Shown in pieces: positions 39,701 through 54,700 of a DNA stretch of 64,000 nt. Under the pieces are notes generated by a model. That model saw only the letters and a program-made list of their open reading frames with translations, was not told where the DNA came from and searched no databases. The stretch is from Phoronis australis (Eukaryota > Animalia > Phoronida): assembly GCA_002633005.1 (NCBI GenBank), contig NMRA01000032.1, positions 786,911 to 850,910 of the forward strand. The letters run 5' to 3'. Every line of letters begins with the position of its first letter. The stretch's first letter is position 1. The translations under genes and the position numbers were made by a program.

Positions 39701-42700
39701 GTAACACTACTTCTGTGCCTGTCGTTGGTTTTATCTCATAGTTATCAAAGATTTTGAGTGTTTGATAAACTAGTCCTCTCCCTATACTTAGCCTTGCGTG
39801 GTGCAAAGCTGCATATGTACAAATATTCAGGTTTGAAACGACTAAGTTTATCAGGTTGATTAGTCGTTTTAGGTGAGTGTTTTTAATCATTATGTCGTTA
39901 GGAATATATAATTTACAACTGGGCATCGCAACCTATTTTCTGATGCATTTTTCACCTACAGTCACCCTCCCTTTTCAGTGTCAGAATTATACCCCGACTT
40001 ACTTTAGGGTAACCAGAAAGTTAAACAGCAGCAACACAGAGCATTGATACATGCCCACCATTTACATCCTAACCATAAAGAAATAAGGGGTGTTTATTTT
40101 TTGAAATATTTCCACGGTAGTCAGACGCAACTGAAAATCGTTATCACTTGTGCAGGCTCTTCTCTTTCTTGAAAATCCATCGAAGGTCTTGGTAAGTAAG
40201 GCAAACTCTATGACAAGTTGCCACTAGGGTTCACTGCAGTAGTCAGATCTGTCCAAAAATCAATGTCGGCTGTGTAGTCCTCAATTGGAACCCATGTATG
40301 CCAAATTCTGTGAATGCTCATCAAAAACTTGGTAGATGATTTGCTGATGATGCCATGGAACTTATGCTGGATCAGGAGCTGTTACTGTGCCCTAGCGACA
40401 AAATTTTGATCTGTTCAGATTCTAATCCACATTGTTGTGCCATTTTTGTGTATTACCGGTACTAGCTGATATTCATTCTGTAACTGATGAAGGCCGGTTA
40501 TTTCCTGGACCTGTTTGATATAACGTAGATGTATTTGAATTTTAATGAACTGTTTATTCCGTGTTGAACACTGTAATTTATGTCCGTCTATGTCAAAACG
40601 GTATTTTAAATAGTCCTTCATTAAGAACACACTGATTCCCCCTTACTAATACTGAAAGGAGTTTTACACAAGAGTTGTTTGACTTTCAGTCTCTTGCTAA
40701 CAGATGGATGGTATTGAAACTATTGTCAAATTTCTGAAACTTCTACCTATACTTAATAGTGGTAATGTCTAACCAAGTTCAGACAAAAAGAAGTGTCAAA
40801 ATTACCCATTTTCTCATTTTTCAAAGTCTTCCAATCTAAATAGTGAATGTCCACAGTGTTATTGTACAGAACTTGAACACAGCGAAGCATTAATTTAGTG
40901 CTGCATAACTTTTATGTAAACTTACAAAATAAAATTTCGGTCGCTTGAATGTCCGTCATTTTGTGCTCAAAATTGGAGAGTTGGTCGAGATCCTTGATAA
41001 GCTTCGTAAGAACACTGTATACGTCTTCAACCTAATTCTACTTGGGCAGCTATATTTAAGGTAAAGGGGGTACTCCCATAGAAGAGGTGTTTCAGTTGTG
41101 CGCTCAGAAGAGTAACTTTATGACAACCAGTTTCCCTACGAAAGGGTGTCTTTTCCAACAAAATTCTCATAAAAGTGTTCACTTTGGGTGTTTGAAACTA
41201 CAAAAGGTTTTCTTTTCAGTTATGCAACCCTCTAGAAGATTTTTTAAATCTTTGGTTGCAAATGATATGCTCATTTTTGACCCCATGGCATCTACTAGTA
41301 CTTTTAAGCTGCCCAAGAATTCCTTTAAACGAATTTGCTTTATGGAATCGACCACCACAAAAGGGTGGCGTTTCTGGTTGGTATCGTAATTTTCCAGCAG
41401 CACCCAATGTCACAAATATGGTCGCGTATTCTCGTGGTGAAGAGATAGAATAATGTTGAACTATTCCCTATCATCTATAATATTGATGAAATACTAATAC
41501 TACAGATCTTGGAATTTTGGTACTATTTTTAATCAAATTACTTTATTTGGTGATTGACATGTGCTTTTTGAAAATAAGCAACAGTGCTGATTAATTTGAT
41601 CATAGACTACGAGTCCAGAACAGGTTGAAAAAGTGTTAGTATGGTCAACTTTGTCCAAAACTGACTTAATTTCAAACTTTAAAATTAGCGCGTAAGTAAA
41701 TAACGACATATCTATCCAATCCAACGTTTCTGTTTATTTCATTAAACTATTCTCAAAGAAACAGTTACAAACACAAAACAAGCGACACAGGTAGAGAAGA
41801 GACTGTACAGGTACACATCAAAATGCATTGTGAGGGGGAGAGACCAGAAATCAAAACAGTTGGAGCGTTCAAATGAACCAATGTTTCTATTGATGTAACG
41901 CTCAGCCTCAACATGATTCAACTGTATATGCATACCCTCCTTTATGAGGAGCCTCAGGGTGGCATTAACCTTGTCTAGGATCTGAACACCAGAGCAATCT
42001 AGTGACCAGTTGTCAATGAGTGGTTGAGAACAGCACTATGTGTGTCTTTACAGTGTTCTTTTACTCTTATACTAAGAATCCTGTTCGTCATTCCAATGTA
42101 AAACTGTTCACAGTCACTGCAGTTGAGTTTGTACACAACATGACTTCTTTGAGAATTACTCAACGGTGTTTTAAGTCTCGACAACGACAAAAGTCTGTTT
42201 ACAGGTTTGAAGATAGTAACGATTTGCAAACATGGAGCAATAGCTCCAAGTATTCTCTTAACCTGCCTCTCGACTACACTACTACTGTTATCTAAATAGG
42301 GGAGATTGAGAAGTACTTTCTTCAATTCAGGCCCGTGATAAACATCCGAAGGTGTCATGGATCGGTTACGTAAAAATCTGTCAGTGCAGGATTTGATAAA
42401 CATTTTAGGGTAACGTTGGATTGGATAGATATGTTGTTATTTACTTACGCGCTAATTTTAAAGTTCGTACTTCTGTTCTGGCCTCCATCAAATGTGATGA
42501 CTTAATTTCTGTCAAAGTTAATACCGAAGATCAAAAACATATTTTATGTTCATGAAACGGTCTTTTCCCAGATTTTGTCTTCTGTCTGAGACATATTTTG
42601 GTCTAGAAGTCATAATTAAGTCACTTTTCAGGAAACGGGCCAATTTCTCTTAGTATGGCATGTTTGTTAATATTGCATTATCAAAAGACTATCGTCCCTG

Positions 42701-45700
42701 CTCATTTAATCATTGTCAGTGATTACAAAGGATGATATTGGAGTTATCTATATTCAAACTGTTGTAACTTATTATTTGAAAACGGATTTCTCTCCTTAAT
42801 CTCTTTTATTCACGCATCAGTTGAATAATATTGTTTTATCTGGGCTTTCATGACTAGTGTGATTATTCTCTGAATGTAATGATATCTCTGAATCCAGTTC
42901 CTTTGGTCAACATTTGCTGTTGTGTTTTCAAATTTAATGAGGCTGATCCTTGGTGTTTCAACATTTTAGACACAATACCCTTGACCAAATGTATCAATTC
43001 ATGTGTGGTGCTAAACAGTGTTACAGAGAGACGAGCAGTTTTATAAATATATAATAGTTGCGTGATTTCAGATAATTTGTTTTTCCTGTGCTCAATTTCG
43101 GGTTCATTTTTATGAAAGACACTGATAATGTATGTTATTTCAAGAGTTGGTAATGAATAATTTACTTTCTAGCATCTCAAATATAGACACTGATTTTCAA
43201 TGATGGCAAAAATTTTGTTTGCAAAGGGGATTCTAGTCAAATTCACTTTTTCTTCAATTCCCTGTAGGTTACCAACAAGTGGTTGAGTGAATTGAAAACG
43301 AAGTCCAGTGTGCCAGTGCAGACATGTGACCACATTCCAGCCAATCAGAAGGATCTTCTGTTAGCACCATCCCAAACTATCATTCCAGAGCCGTGGAAGA
43401 AGCTGTCAATCAAAGTCTTCCCGAAAAAGGATGTGCTTGTTCAGAGGTACTGCAATTTTTTGGGTTGTATAATTATTTGAAAAGGCTTTATCATGTACTT
43501 AAAGATTTGTGGTTTTATGAAAAATTACAACTGTTTATGGATGAATTAATGTCTCAATTTGGTGGTAGGGCTAGCAACGATTCTGTTCCACATTCAATTG
43601 ATAGCCGTGTTGCTTTTAGCTACTTGTTAGGGTTTACTGAGTTAGGCGGTCGGGATTAACAATTGGTCTCGGTCCATGTTGTTTGACTTTGGTCTCCACA
43701 TACAATGACTTTGAACTTTGAAAATAGGTATTTCTTACTAGTAAACAAATTAGGATGTTTTGGACTATTGGTGCCTGTTCAATTCATTTATTCCGAGACT
43801 TAGTGTGCACACTCCCCTCATATAGTCACAGATTTTTGAACGTGTTCATGAATTTTGTGCTTTCTGTCGAGTTTTAATTTTCAGTTGTGGGGAACAAAGA
43901 ATAAGAAAATGTCTTTTGATAAGTTGCATGAACTTGTTTAGTCTATGCACTTAGCTTTCAAGGCGTTTTTTCAACTTTGACTTATTTATGGACTTTTTTA
44001 GACAAGGGAAGGTTATTCCAACCGTGAAGCTGGACTCCGGCTTCAGTGAGATATTTCATAGTGTTCAAATGGAAACTCTTAACTATGAATGGAGACAGTG
44101 GTTCAGCAAGTATGGTCAGCATCTTGTCGTACCTCGCGAAACTCAAGTAGAAACTCAGGTAAGTTGAGGTGTGTTGCTTGTGTACTTTGGACGTATGTCC
44201 TTGAATTGTTGCATAGTTTGGCGAAGAAAACATGCTTGACCACTTATGGGTTTTTTAGGAATTCCTGGATGCGGATGGGGATTAAAGTTCAAATTGTGTT
44301 TGTGAAATGCTGTGAAATTGTTGAGAACATGCACGGAGCTCTCAATCTTTCTGTTTTGTCCGAATTTTGGTCAAATCTTTGTATGAATAATGAGCTATAG
44401 ATAGATACAGTTATGATATTGCACTTCGCTATAAATTGCTTCTTTATGGAATATCAAGGCCTCCTCCAGTAGTCGTATTTACCCTTTAAAAAATAAACAG
44501 ATAGTAAAATATCTTTTTGTTGATGTTTAGTGAATTTGGATGAACACTTAAGTGGATGTCTTCTTCATTTCAGAATTATAACTCTGCGGTTCAAGACCTC
44601 CTGTCCAAGTTATTCAATTGTCCATTCATAAGAACAAATGGTGACTCAGCGGCTAATGATGACGTGTTTAAGTATGATGGCCATCACGGGATCATGCCTG
44701 CTTTGTGCGTAGTGGAATCACCTGGGGCCTTCTATGTAGTTCAGCTATTTCATCAGCACAGCTTGCAGGATATTACTTACTTTAGTCCGGCTGTGATGTC
44801 GGGCTGTTTCGCCAAGCCTCTGTTTGTGCTCTACCAAATTCTTCAGACATTCCACCACTGCCACTCCATCGGTCTGCACACTGGAAATCTCACTCTCGCC
44901 GACGTTATGATTGACAGCAAGCTTTGGGTGCAATTAAACCTGCCAAGGGTCGATTGTTTATCTGCTGCGATTCGCGATGAGGTCGGATTTCATGATAATG
45001 CGGTTGAAACTAACGTATCAGCATTAGAGAGTGTAAATTTTAATGATCTCTCAAAACTAACTCATGATTGGGTCTATCATAGGATGTCGAATTTCGATTA
45101 TCTGATGGCTATTAATAGACTGGCTGGTCGCCGTGACAACGACCCGAACCATCATCCTGTGTTGCCGTGGGTAATGGATTTCACCGTTCGCGATGGTGGC
45201 TACAGAGACTTCAGCAAATCAAAGTTTCGACTTAACAAAGGCGATACTCTCCTTGATTTGATGTTCGAGTCCATTCAGCAGACAGGAAGTGTTCAGCCTC
45301 AACAGCAACACTTTAAACATCACATAACCGAAGTGCTTTCAGAAATTACTTATTTTGTGTACAAAGCCCGCCGTACGCCAAAGGACATCTTGTGCTCTCA
45401 TGTAAGACCAAAATGGGTGCCGAATGAGTACCCCTCCAGCATGCAGAGATTACAAGAGTGGACGCCAGATGAATGTATCCCAGAATTCTTTACTGACCCA
45501 ACCATTTTCACCTCCATTCACGAAGACCTTCCTGACCTGGAGTTGCCCGAGTGGAGCTCGTCTGCTGAAGATTTTGTCAAACATCACATGGCTGTGCTCG
45601 AAGGTTCTTTTGTTTCTCAACATTTGCACGAATGGATTGACCTCACATTTGGTTACAAGGTATAACGCTTTGGTTTGCTCGCCTGGTTTTGTCCAAACTA

Positions 45701-48700
45701 TTATGTATCATGCGTCTACTTCCCTTGTTTTCATTCAGTTGTTTGTATATTGCTTTGTGGGGTGAAAAAACATGGCCGATAAATACCACCAATTTCGAGC
45801 AGAACTTATTGTTGCAATTGATGTTTTTCATTTCCAAAAGGCTTTTAAAAATGTCCCGCAACGTTGTCTGATGGTAGCTATGTAATATAACTTACAGTCA
45901 TAAAGCAGTTATGTGGTCTTTATTATCTATTGTGACAAAATGAAAGAAGTTAGCTGTAATTTCACGTGTCTGCCATATTGTTAACTAAATTGGTGAGATT
46001 TTTTTGATTCACTGTCTGTTTAAGTTCCCTGCATCTGTTTGTGGGTGTATATTGGTGTCTTCTTTCTGCCGCCTGTCTTTGTAGATGTCATGCCATTAGC
46101 TGTAACAAGTTTCAAATTTAAGCAGGTTTTCATGTCAAATGCTGATAATTTTACAAAAGACTTGAAAGTGTATGGCTCTTTTATAAAAATGGGGTCATTG
46201 ATACCAGATGTAAAAACAGTATATACGCAATTTAAATTGCATCTGGTAAAATATACAGTGAAAACACTAGGTTAAGAATTGTCTTCGTCATATATTTCAC
46301 TGGAAATAAAGGTGCAATTTTATTGTGTATTACTGAATTTTAGAGAATGCTTATTTTCATATTGCTGTTTTATTTTCATTCAGTAACTTATTTAATGTCA
46401 GACTGAGGTTTTTGAGACGGAAAGAGTTGAAAATACATTTGCTTCGTGTTTCACTCAATTTCCCACCATTTTTCAGTTGTCTGGCACAGCCGCAGTGAAG
46501 TACAAGAACGTCTGCCTCCAACTGGTGGACGGTCACACGACTCTTAATAACCACGGCATTGTGCAGTTGTTTGAGAAGAGGCACCCACCGCGGCTGACAA
46601 CCGAACAATATTTCTCTTCAATTCCCCCCGAAGTGGTTAGACAGAGTATTCATATTGTGAGTAGGATCAACAAGAATGATCAATTCTCGCTTTGAATCAA
46701 AAGATGTCACTGACAATCTGTCGTCTTGTTCACTGTTTGCTTTGTTACAAGGGCTGATTGCTTAAAACTTGAAAACCTATGCACTGGATGTTCGATATTA
46801 TCAGGGTGTACCTGTGTGACTGATTGTTATTATTATCTGTTGTCTTACATTTTGTTGATACTTTTGTTCTCTTCCGTTCAGCAATTGGACATGACGGATA
46901 ACCAGGCAGTGCATAATAAGAAGTTTCAGTCCCTCAATACTGCAGTTCAAGTAAGTGTTAATTTCTCTGTTTAAAGATGTATTTGCATGCTCCCTAACTA
47001 TGCTAATGTAGAACAGGAACTAAACGACAATGCTAGTTGAACATCATCTAGATTAAACAGAGTGCAGTTGTATTCAATGACAACTTGTAAATGTGAAAAC
47101 GAAAAAGTCTGCACTAATGACGTACCTTGGGGCTCATATAATCCACGTCATACAGTGTTATTCTCCAACACCACATCGCGATACTTACTAGACACGGTTG
47201 AGGGATTTACAGCGGATCATTTTCGACACAAAATCTGGTCTTAAAAACATTTGCCAATTTTCAACCTACTTCCTATTCACATCGTTGCTATATGTTGTGT
47301 TTCTTACTAATTTGATCAAGCAATCATAGAGATAAGGAATTAGCGTGCAAGTTCCACAGGCCCTCCCCAGCCCAGCCCTCCCTGTGGCTCCTCCCCCCAG
47401 CCCTTCCCTCTTTGCTCTCCTCTGCCCACCTCTTGGTCCTTCCCTGCTCCTCCCCTCAGCCATCAATCATGTTATTTGAGTTTATTTGAGTAGTACTTAA
47501 AGCGGATATAAACTATCTTCTGTTAACTTGTTCCTTTGTCAAATTGGAGGTGATATCAGGGTTTGGAATAAACTGACAGTTATTGCTTGGGACCAGGGGA
47601 GCGTTCAGTAACACTGGGACGTACGCTAGGACCTAGCTAAAATCTAGCCAAAATCACGTGTTTTCATTTAAAATACGTGTCAATATCTCTCGTAACCTCA
47701 CAAAGTCTTGCTGTTTAGCGAGGTCCTAGCGTTACTGAACACAGGGCAGGCTCTAGAAGTTGACTTGTCACAGCGTGTTGTTTGATGTGCCAAGCACGGT
47801 CTTAAGGAATAACGCGCTGTCGGGTCTTTGTAAACTCAGAAATCACTTCTCGTATAAGTGAGAAAGAACTTGACACCATTTTTGTAACAGTTTGTGGGCT
47901 CAATCAAAAGTTTGATTTTTGGACGGAACGCTGGTTCATAGGTGCTTTAAAACCCTCAATTGTCTACAAGCGGATGACATGTGCCAATGGGGACGTGTGC
48001 CAGCACCCATCACCTCCTTGTGGGAGTGATACCGATATTATGTTGATTCCTTGCTTTTTCAGACATGCACAAGTAATGTTGGTTTACGTTAACTTCTTTG
48101 TAATTATCTTGTATTTTTGCGAACCCTAAGGTGTTTTGAGTTCATTATTGTCTGTATGAGTCTGCATACTCGTTTGACTCTTTTTGACAGGTATTTGGTG
48201 ATAATATAGGTCAACATGAGAGTGAGAAGCGAGATAGTGGAACTTTCTTAGACAAACGGTAAGGATGCTTTTTTTAAAACTTTGTGATTGCACTGTATGT
48301 GTACGACCCAACAGATGTCTCACAAGGCATTAGAAAAACGACAGCACGGTACCAGCGATGAAATCCTTTGAGTTAGTCAATTGTTGTTACTGGATTTTTC
48401 TCTTGTTGCTTATTTATTGATTGCCTGGGTTTTTCACGGCTTGATATTTTGTCTTGTTACTTGGTGGCTATTCTGTGCGTTTCTTTTAGACCAAGGTCAG
48501 ATACAGAGTCTTCATTACACAGGGCACAGAAAATAAAACTTCCAGATGGTTTCAATCCTCTGTCGGCTCTCAAGAAAATGGAAATTTTGCATTCGTTTAC
48601 CGCTAAATCGTTGCCGGATTCTAGAGCAAAGGTATTTTACTACAATAATGTTCATGGCAAGAATGGTAATTGATAACATTAATAATACTAATACTGATAC

Positions 48701-51700
48701 TGATACTGATACTGATACGAATTGACATCAACAATAAAAACTTAAGAGCAATGAAGTTGTCACTTAAATGTGGTAACTTTTGGAATCAGAGATATTTTCT
48801 GAGAGTGAATCTCATATTATTAATCAAAGCTAAGGTGTAGGACATGGTACAATAATCCAATTTTCGAATCAGTATCTTTTCCATGAATTTCGTTAACACA
48901 AGTTATTCAGGTTTTTGTTTGATTGATATCTCAGTGTATGAATTGAGAGATTCCAAGGTGCCTGATGTACCGATTCAAAGTGGTATGATATAGAATGGCC
49001 GAAACAAATTTTTCTTCGTGTTCAAGGAACTATCAGAAGATGACTCAACCCTTGATGACCTCAAAAGTGACATGCAAGTCCTAGCCTGTCTTGTTGCTGA
49101 GTTATTTCTGTCGTCAAAACTGCGTACAACAGGACCCACCGCAACACTTAAGGAACGCTTCCATTTTGTAAAAGATATCAGTGCTAAACACATACAAGAA
49201 TTTCCCAAGTAAGATTTAGTTTCTTGTTTTCTGTTCCTTTTAAGGCAGTGTTGCACCCAACAAAGATGTTCAAATTCGGCTAACTTCAGAACATGTTATC
49301 TTAAAACTGGCTTGTTGGATTCTAACTGATGAAACTTTCAGATAGTTACTATGCTGAATGTATTGTACTGCAAAACACTATCAGGAATTACTTTTATAGA
49401 TAATTGTTCTTTTTTGCATGAGGGATTGTCAAAAAGAGGACTTCTGGGATTTTTATGAAAAAAATGAAGATACATAAAAGGAAAATGAAGAAAATTCAAA
49501 AACTGAAACAGGGCTTTTCAGATTTTATCTTGAATATTTATATGGATCAAAATTTTATCATGTTGTTGACATCCTTGTTTTACTATGAATGCCCTTTTTT
49601 TTCTGATGTTTACTAAAAAGACATGGTCACATGACCTAATTAATGACAGATTCAGATAAAGTAAAGCATCAAATTCTTCAAGCTTTCTACTTTCGTAAAA
49701 GGTATACATTTACTGAGTTAAAATCAATTCTTTAAGCTATTTGGCTGAATATGCAGCCTCGTACACAAGGTCCGATGTAACCTTATTGAAACTCACTTTT
49801 TCTCCAGTTTAATTCACAGAATATTGAGGGATCACTAAAATAGGAACACGTATTTGCATCTGTTTACTATTCATTTTTTCAGCTTATAATTAGTGGTGTT
49901 TTATGTTATTTACTTGGAGGCTAATTAGTTTGTGCATCTGTATAGAATTCTAAAGTAAATTCTGTTTGGTTTCAACAAGCCTGGATGTCGTGTTCATAAA
50001 GCATTATTTGGGATTGTGTTTTGGTTTTGTGTTGAGAATGATTTATTTAAAGAGGTTTTGAACAAAAATGAAGTTGACTAAGTTCTTGTGGGATATAATA
50101 CTTCATTATCGCTAAAGCAGCGGTAATAGTCTGATATAACGTGCCCGAATTTTGAGAACCAGTTTTCCCCACCAAATAACGGGCATCAAACTGGTTCTCA
50201 AAACGCGGGCACGTTATATCAAACTATTGCTAAAGCAGCTATAAATTATAGTTTTGTTTAAGAAGCGAATGTTTGACTTACTCCACTTATTCCTGTAAAA
50301 TTGGTCTCGACTTGTTCACTACTCAGGTGAGAAATGATTCCTGGGTTTGCAAAGAAAAGACAGTGCGTTATTCCTTGAGACCATGTTTGGAGCATTGATT
50401 GCTGTAGTATTTATTACAAGACAGTATACATCACCTTAAATACTCACTTTATAATGAGTGAAATAAAATATTGAGAATTCATGATTTGTAAGTGTTTTTA
50501 CCATCATTAACTTTTTGATCTTCCATTCAGACATTTCTCACTTTATCACCAAGCCCCCATTGTTGTATTTTCCAGCCCGATACGTCATTGCATGTCGATG
50601 TTGCTGTTGACAGACGACGCAGACGATCTCAGGGACCAACTCAACGTTCCTTACCTGACACCTGGATATCTATTGAACCCGCTGACAAGCATCATACACT
50701 TTCCTTCATACTTTGCTGATCTCTACAAATTCTTATGCGCAATACGTACCGTTGATCAAAAGCTGTCTTCAGACCCGTGGTCAGCCTCATTGATTAAAGA
50801 AAAGGTACACATCATGCAATATGGTATTCAAACATTGTCCGATTACAAACAGGACTTAGCTATTCATATGATACTACCGTATGTTGAAGAGATGTTTGCA
50901 GATGATCGGTGTGCCGTTCATGCCATTTGGACGCTGTTCAGCTCCCTCACGTTAAATCTTGACCGGGAACAAACTCTAGCGAGTTGCCTTGATCCCCTTG
51001 TGAGGCTCTTCAATGTTGACAGGCCGTGCCTGAAACACATGAAGTATTACCACAGAAGTTTCCTGATTCAGTTGATCATGAGACTGGGCCTGCAAACATT
51101 CCTCACTCACTTCTCCACCTTATTGGTTGAAGCTGTATCCGGTTACCATGACTACATTCCACAGTCTGATCTAGTGACCAATCAGGTTAGTCTTTTTGAA
51201 AAATGTTGATTTGTAAATCTTTAAGTCCAATCATTTAGTTTGTTCCTTTCTTCAAAAATTCTTTCTCAAGTGGCTGATCAAAGCTAATAATTTTGCAATT
51301 TTTGTGTTGGTGTGATACCTTTCCAAGGTTTTGTAAAATTTCTGGGAAATAATTTGCAAAAAAAGACTCGCATTAAGTGACCTTGTGACTTGACATAAAA
51401 TCTCACACAAAGGTTTACTGAATATTTAGGTGTCGTGCGACGAGGATTTTGTTCCACAACAAAGCAACAGCGATCTTGGTATCACCAACATTGTGACTGA
51501 TGAACCTGACGGCGATCTGCCGTCCTCGCGATATTCGTCGCGTCAGAGGAAAACGAGTGAGACGAGTAATGGTTACGAGTCAGACAGTGAGAGTGAGCTA
51601 CTCAAGTCTCTGGGAAAGGCATCCATTCGCACCAAGTTGGTGACAAAACTGGGATCTACGCTAGAGGAAGACAGTTCCATTGAGGTGTGTTCTAGTTTGT

Positions 51701-54700
51701 AAGCATGTGGGTCTTGTGTTATGTTGTGATAGTACTTGTGTAGATAGTCCTACTGCATAGGAATTGTCATCGTGAAAAACATTGTTCCTGTTTTATTCAT
51801 GCTGTTGGTCCAAAATGGGCTTGATTTGTTTTCAAATAACAGTTGCACAGCTGTAAAACAGATTGTAATTGTGAAATGTGTGTTCGTAATTGTTAGTCAT
51901 ATTGTTGTGATAATTTTTCGGATTAAATATGATAAGTTACTTTCCAAGGACAATAAATTATTCTTAGGAGTACATTCTCAAATTCTTTGAATATTTAATA
52001 GAGTAAGTGGGACATTCCTGTGAATTGTAAGACTTAAACTTTTCTCAGTTCAAAGAATTGTCAAATTTGTATTGATACAGCATAAGTGTAATGGTCGTCG
52101 TAATACCGTTGTAGCCTAAAGAGCGAGTTCGTAAACTGTCGTCTGGCAGCATCAAGAGTTGGTCGAGTGTAGAAGCAGACGATCAGAAGGACAAGGAAGA
52201 TTCCCGCTCTCGACACAGCTCGGGCGAGAGTGGGTCGAGCGGGACGCGCAGCCACTCACCTTCTAAGGTCAGCACTTCAAGTGCAAACAGCCAGGGTGCG
52301 GTGGCGGTTACGACGACCATTCTTGAGGACACCATGGAAGAGGCTCTCCACAGGAACGGGGAGGCCAATATCTGCGACGTGGCATCGGAGAGCATCCGCT
52401 GGCTGGCGCACCGACTGGGACCAGTCCTGACTGCTAAGTACCTGTCGGGGAATCTACTTCGCATGCTGACACTGTGCTATATGGGACAGGAACAGCTGAC
52501 TCCTGTGACGGCGAAATGTGAGTCTGGTAGTTTCATTAATGTATAAAAATGTGATGTAAGTTGGCTATATTTAAAAATGCAAAATTTTAGGCTTTTTTTC
52601 GTTCGTTTTCCATTTGAAAAAAATCTATGTCTGAGTGGTTGCATAACGCAAAACATGACATAACAAAAGGTGCAGAAGCAAGAGGGCACTTTTCGTGTGT
52701 TAAACTCTATTGGTGCACAATAACTTTACTGATGGGAAACCATTTTGAATGCGTTGTGAGCACCATTCTTCTAGTGTTGCTAAATTAACAGTTTCTGGTG
52801 TAATAGTGCGTCCTCATAACTGTTGATAATGCTTTTTCGTCCCATGTTAATATCTTTTGAGAAATTATCATTTCCAGTCAACAGTTGTGTTCTACTGTTG
52901 TCCTTTTCAGTAAGCGACTGATATGATTCCTTTTAAAATACCAATCAATCTAAAATGCAATTTTTTTGTAATACAAAAGTTGTACACCATTCTTGTTGTG
53001 GCCTAGCCGTCAAAAGTGTTTCTGACTTCTTGCTTTCTTTTTCTTGAAGCCGACGTGCTGTCAGCGAGCAACAAGGTAATCACAGGTGACTGGAACGCTT
53101 CCAAGGTGCTGATATGTCTCAGTGACATAGCTGTGTTGTATGGAGAACAGATTGTCCTGTTGCAGTACTTAAAACATGTCGTTAACCTGGTGAGTGTAAG
53201 CGATGTCATTATTCACCTTTCAGTAATTTAGGACGTTGTAACACAAGAAAAATGTGTTGAACAAAACCCAGTGTTGCTGATAAGATTAGGTTATTGATGT
53301 ATTGCGATTCTCAAGGCCTGTGGCTGTCTTTGGTGCTGGCTTCATTCTAGTGAGTTACCGCATCTTTGCATGCCACAGAAGTTTTGAGAGCCGGAGAGCA
53401 TTCCGTGAGTCTTAATTTCTTGTGAGAAAAATTAGATTTTGCAAGATCTCGCAACACTTAGCAAAATCAGGCTAGTGGAAAGTGAGTGTTTCGCGAGTAT
53501 GCGAGGAGCTTCCTAACAAAATGCCTGTCTCTGAATTGATTACTCACCGAGGTTGGAGTATTGAATTGTGGGATTGAAATCATTGTTTCCATTCCATGAG
53601 CGAAAAATTTTCACCGCAAATGCAAGCTATCTACGTAACTCAGTCCTGGTTTCTGAACAATATTCTTCATAACACTAGCTCTCTAGGGTACGTTGGAGTT
53701 TATGTTAATTAGTCTAGTGTGAATGAGCCTGAAGACATCAGTAGTTATCTTTGTTTAGCATGCAGTATGACTGAAAATGGTGATATATTATTATTTTTTT
53801 CAGTTTTCTCTTTAAAAACTATTTAGAAGATTATACTTTTATCATAAGTCTATCCTGAAACAACATTTTGAAAAATTATCGTTGTTTGTAGCAAAGTAAG
53901 TACTAGAGTGGGAAATAGATTGGTAGCTATTTTTTGAGAAAAATAAGTAAGTAACTGCCCTAGTAACTTGTGAAATTGTGCCACAGTTATGGGAACATGG
54001 TCTTTCTTGTTTCCAAGGAAATGCAAAATGAACTAACCAGTTAGTGTATGGTTACAAATACAGTCGAAAGATTTAAATCTGACAATGTCCTTAAGGTGTA
54101 ATATTTATCTAAAAGTAAAATTACAAATGCCAACTTAGTGATGGAAATGGGTGCACTTGTCTAATGTATGGTTATACTCCAAGTATTCGGTTGCTGAAAT
54201 CTCAGACCATTGAGGTTTGCATTTAGTCCGCATATTGGCTTAGAATTTTGAGGACGGCTGTATATCATGGGTGTCATTCATGTACAATTGGCCTTTTGAA
54301 ATTGACAGACAAGGTCAGTGAAAGCAATTCTTTGTGAACCCTGCTCTTTGTCATACAACTGGCCTGTGTAATTGAACACAGCTTAAGAACAGGTTTGTGG
54401 TCATGGTTGAGAAGAAAATTGTTTTATTACTCCCTTTGGGTTCCGAATAGCGGAGCCCAGAATGAATGGCCTGAGAGATGTGTACCAGGATTGTGGAACG
54501 GATATGCCAACGTAGCCATCCAATCCAACCTTTGTTGCAGATCAACTCGACGAAGCAGAAAATAACCGTGCGCACCGAGGCGGGCCTGGTGAGCTGTGCC
54601 ACTCTCATACACCACATACTGCCTTTCATGTCCGACTCACAACTGATGAACTGTTTAACGGTATGTGATTAGCAGTACCTGTACAGGTGTGCCATGCTAA

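Noticed and set aside
36828-41670. Multiple 60-100 aa ORFs in WDR81 intron 1
   Set aside because: No recognisable motifs or consistent splice structure; the lengths are as expected by chance in AT-rich DNA.
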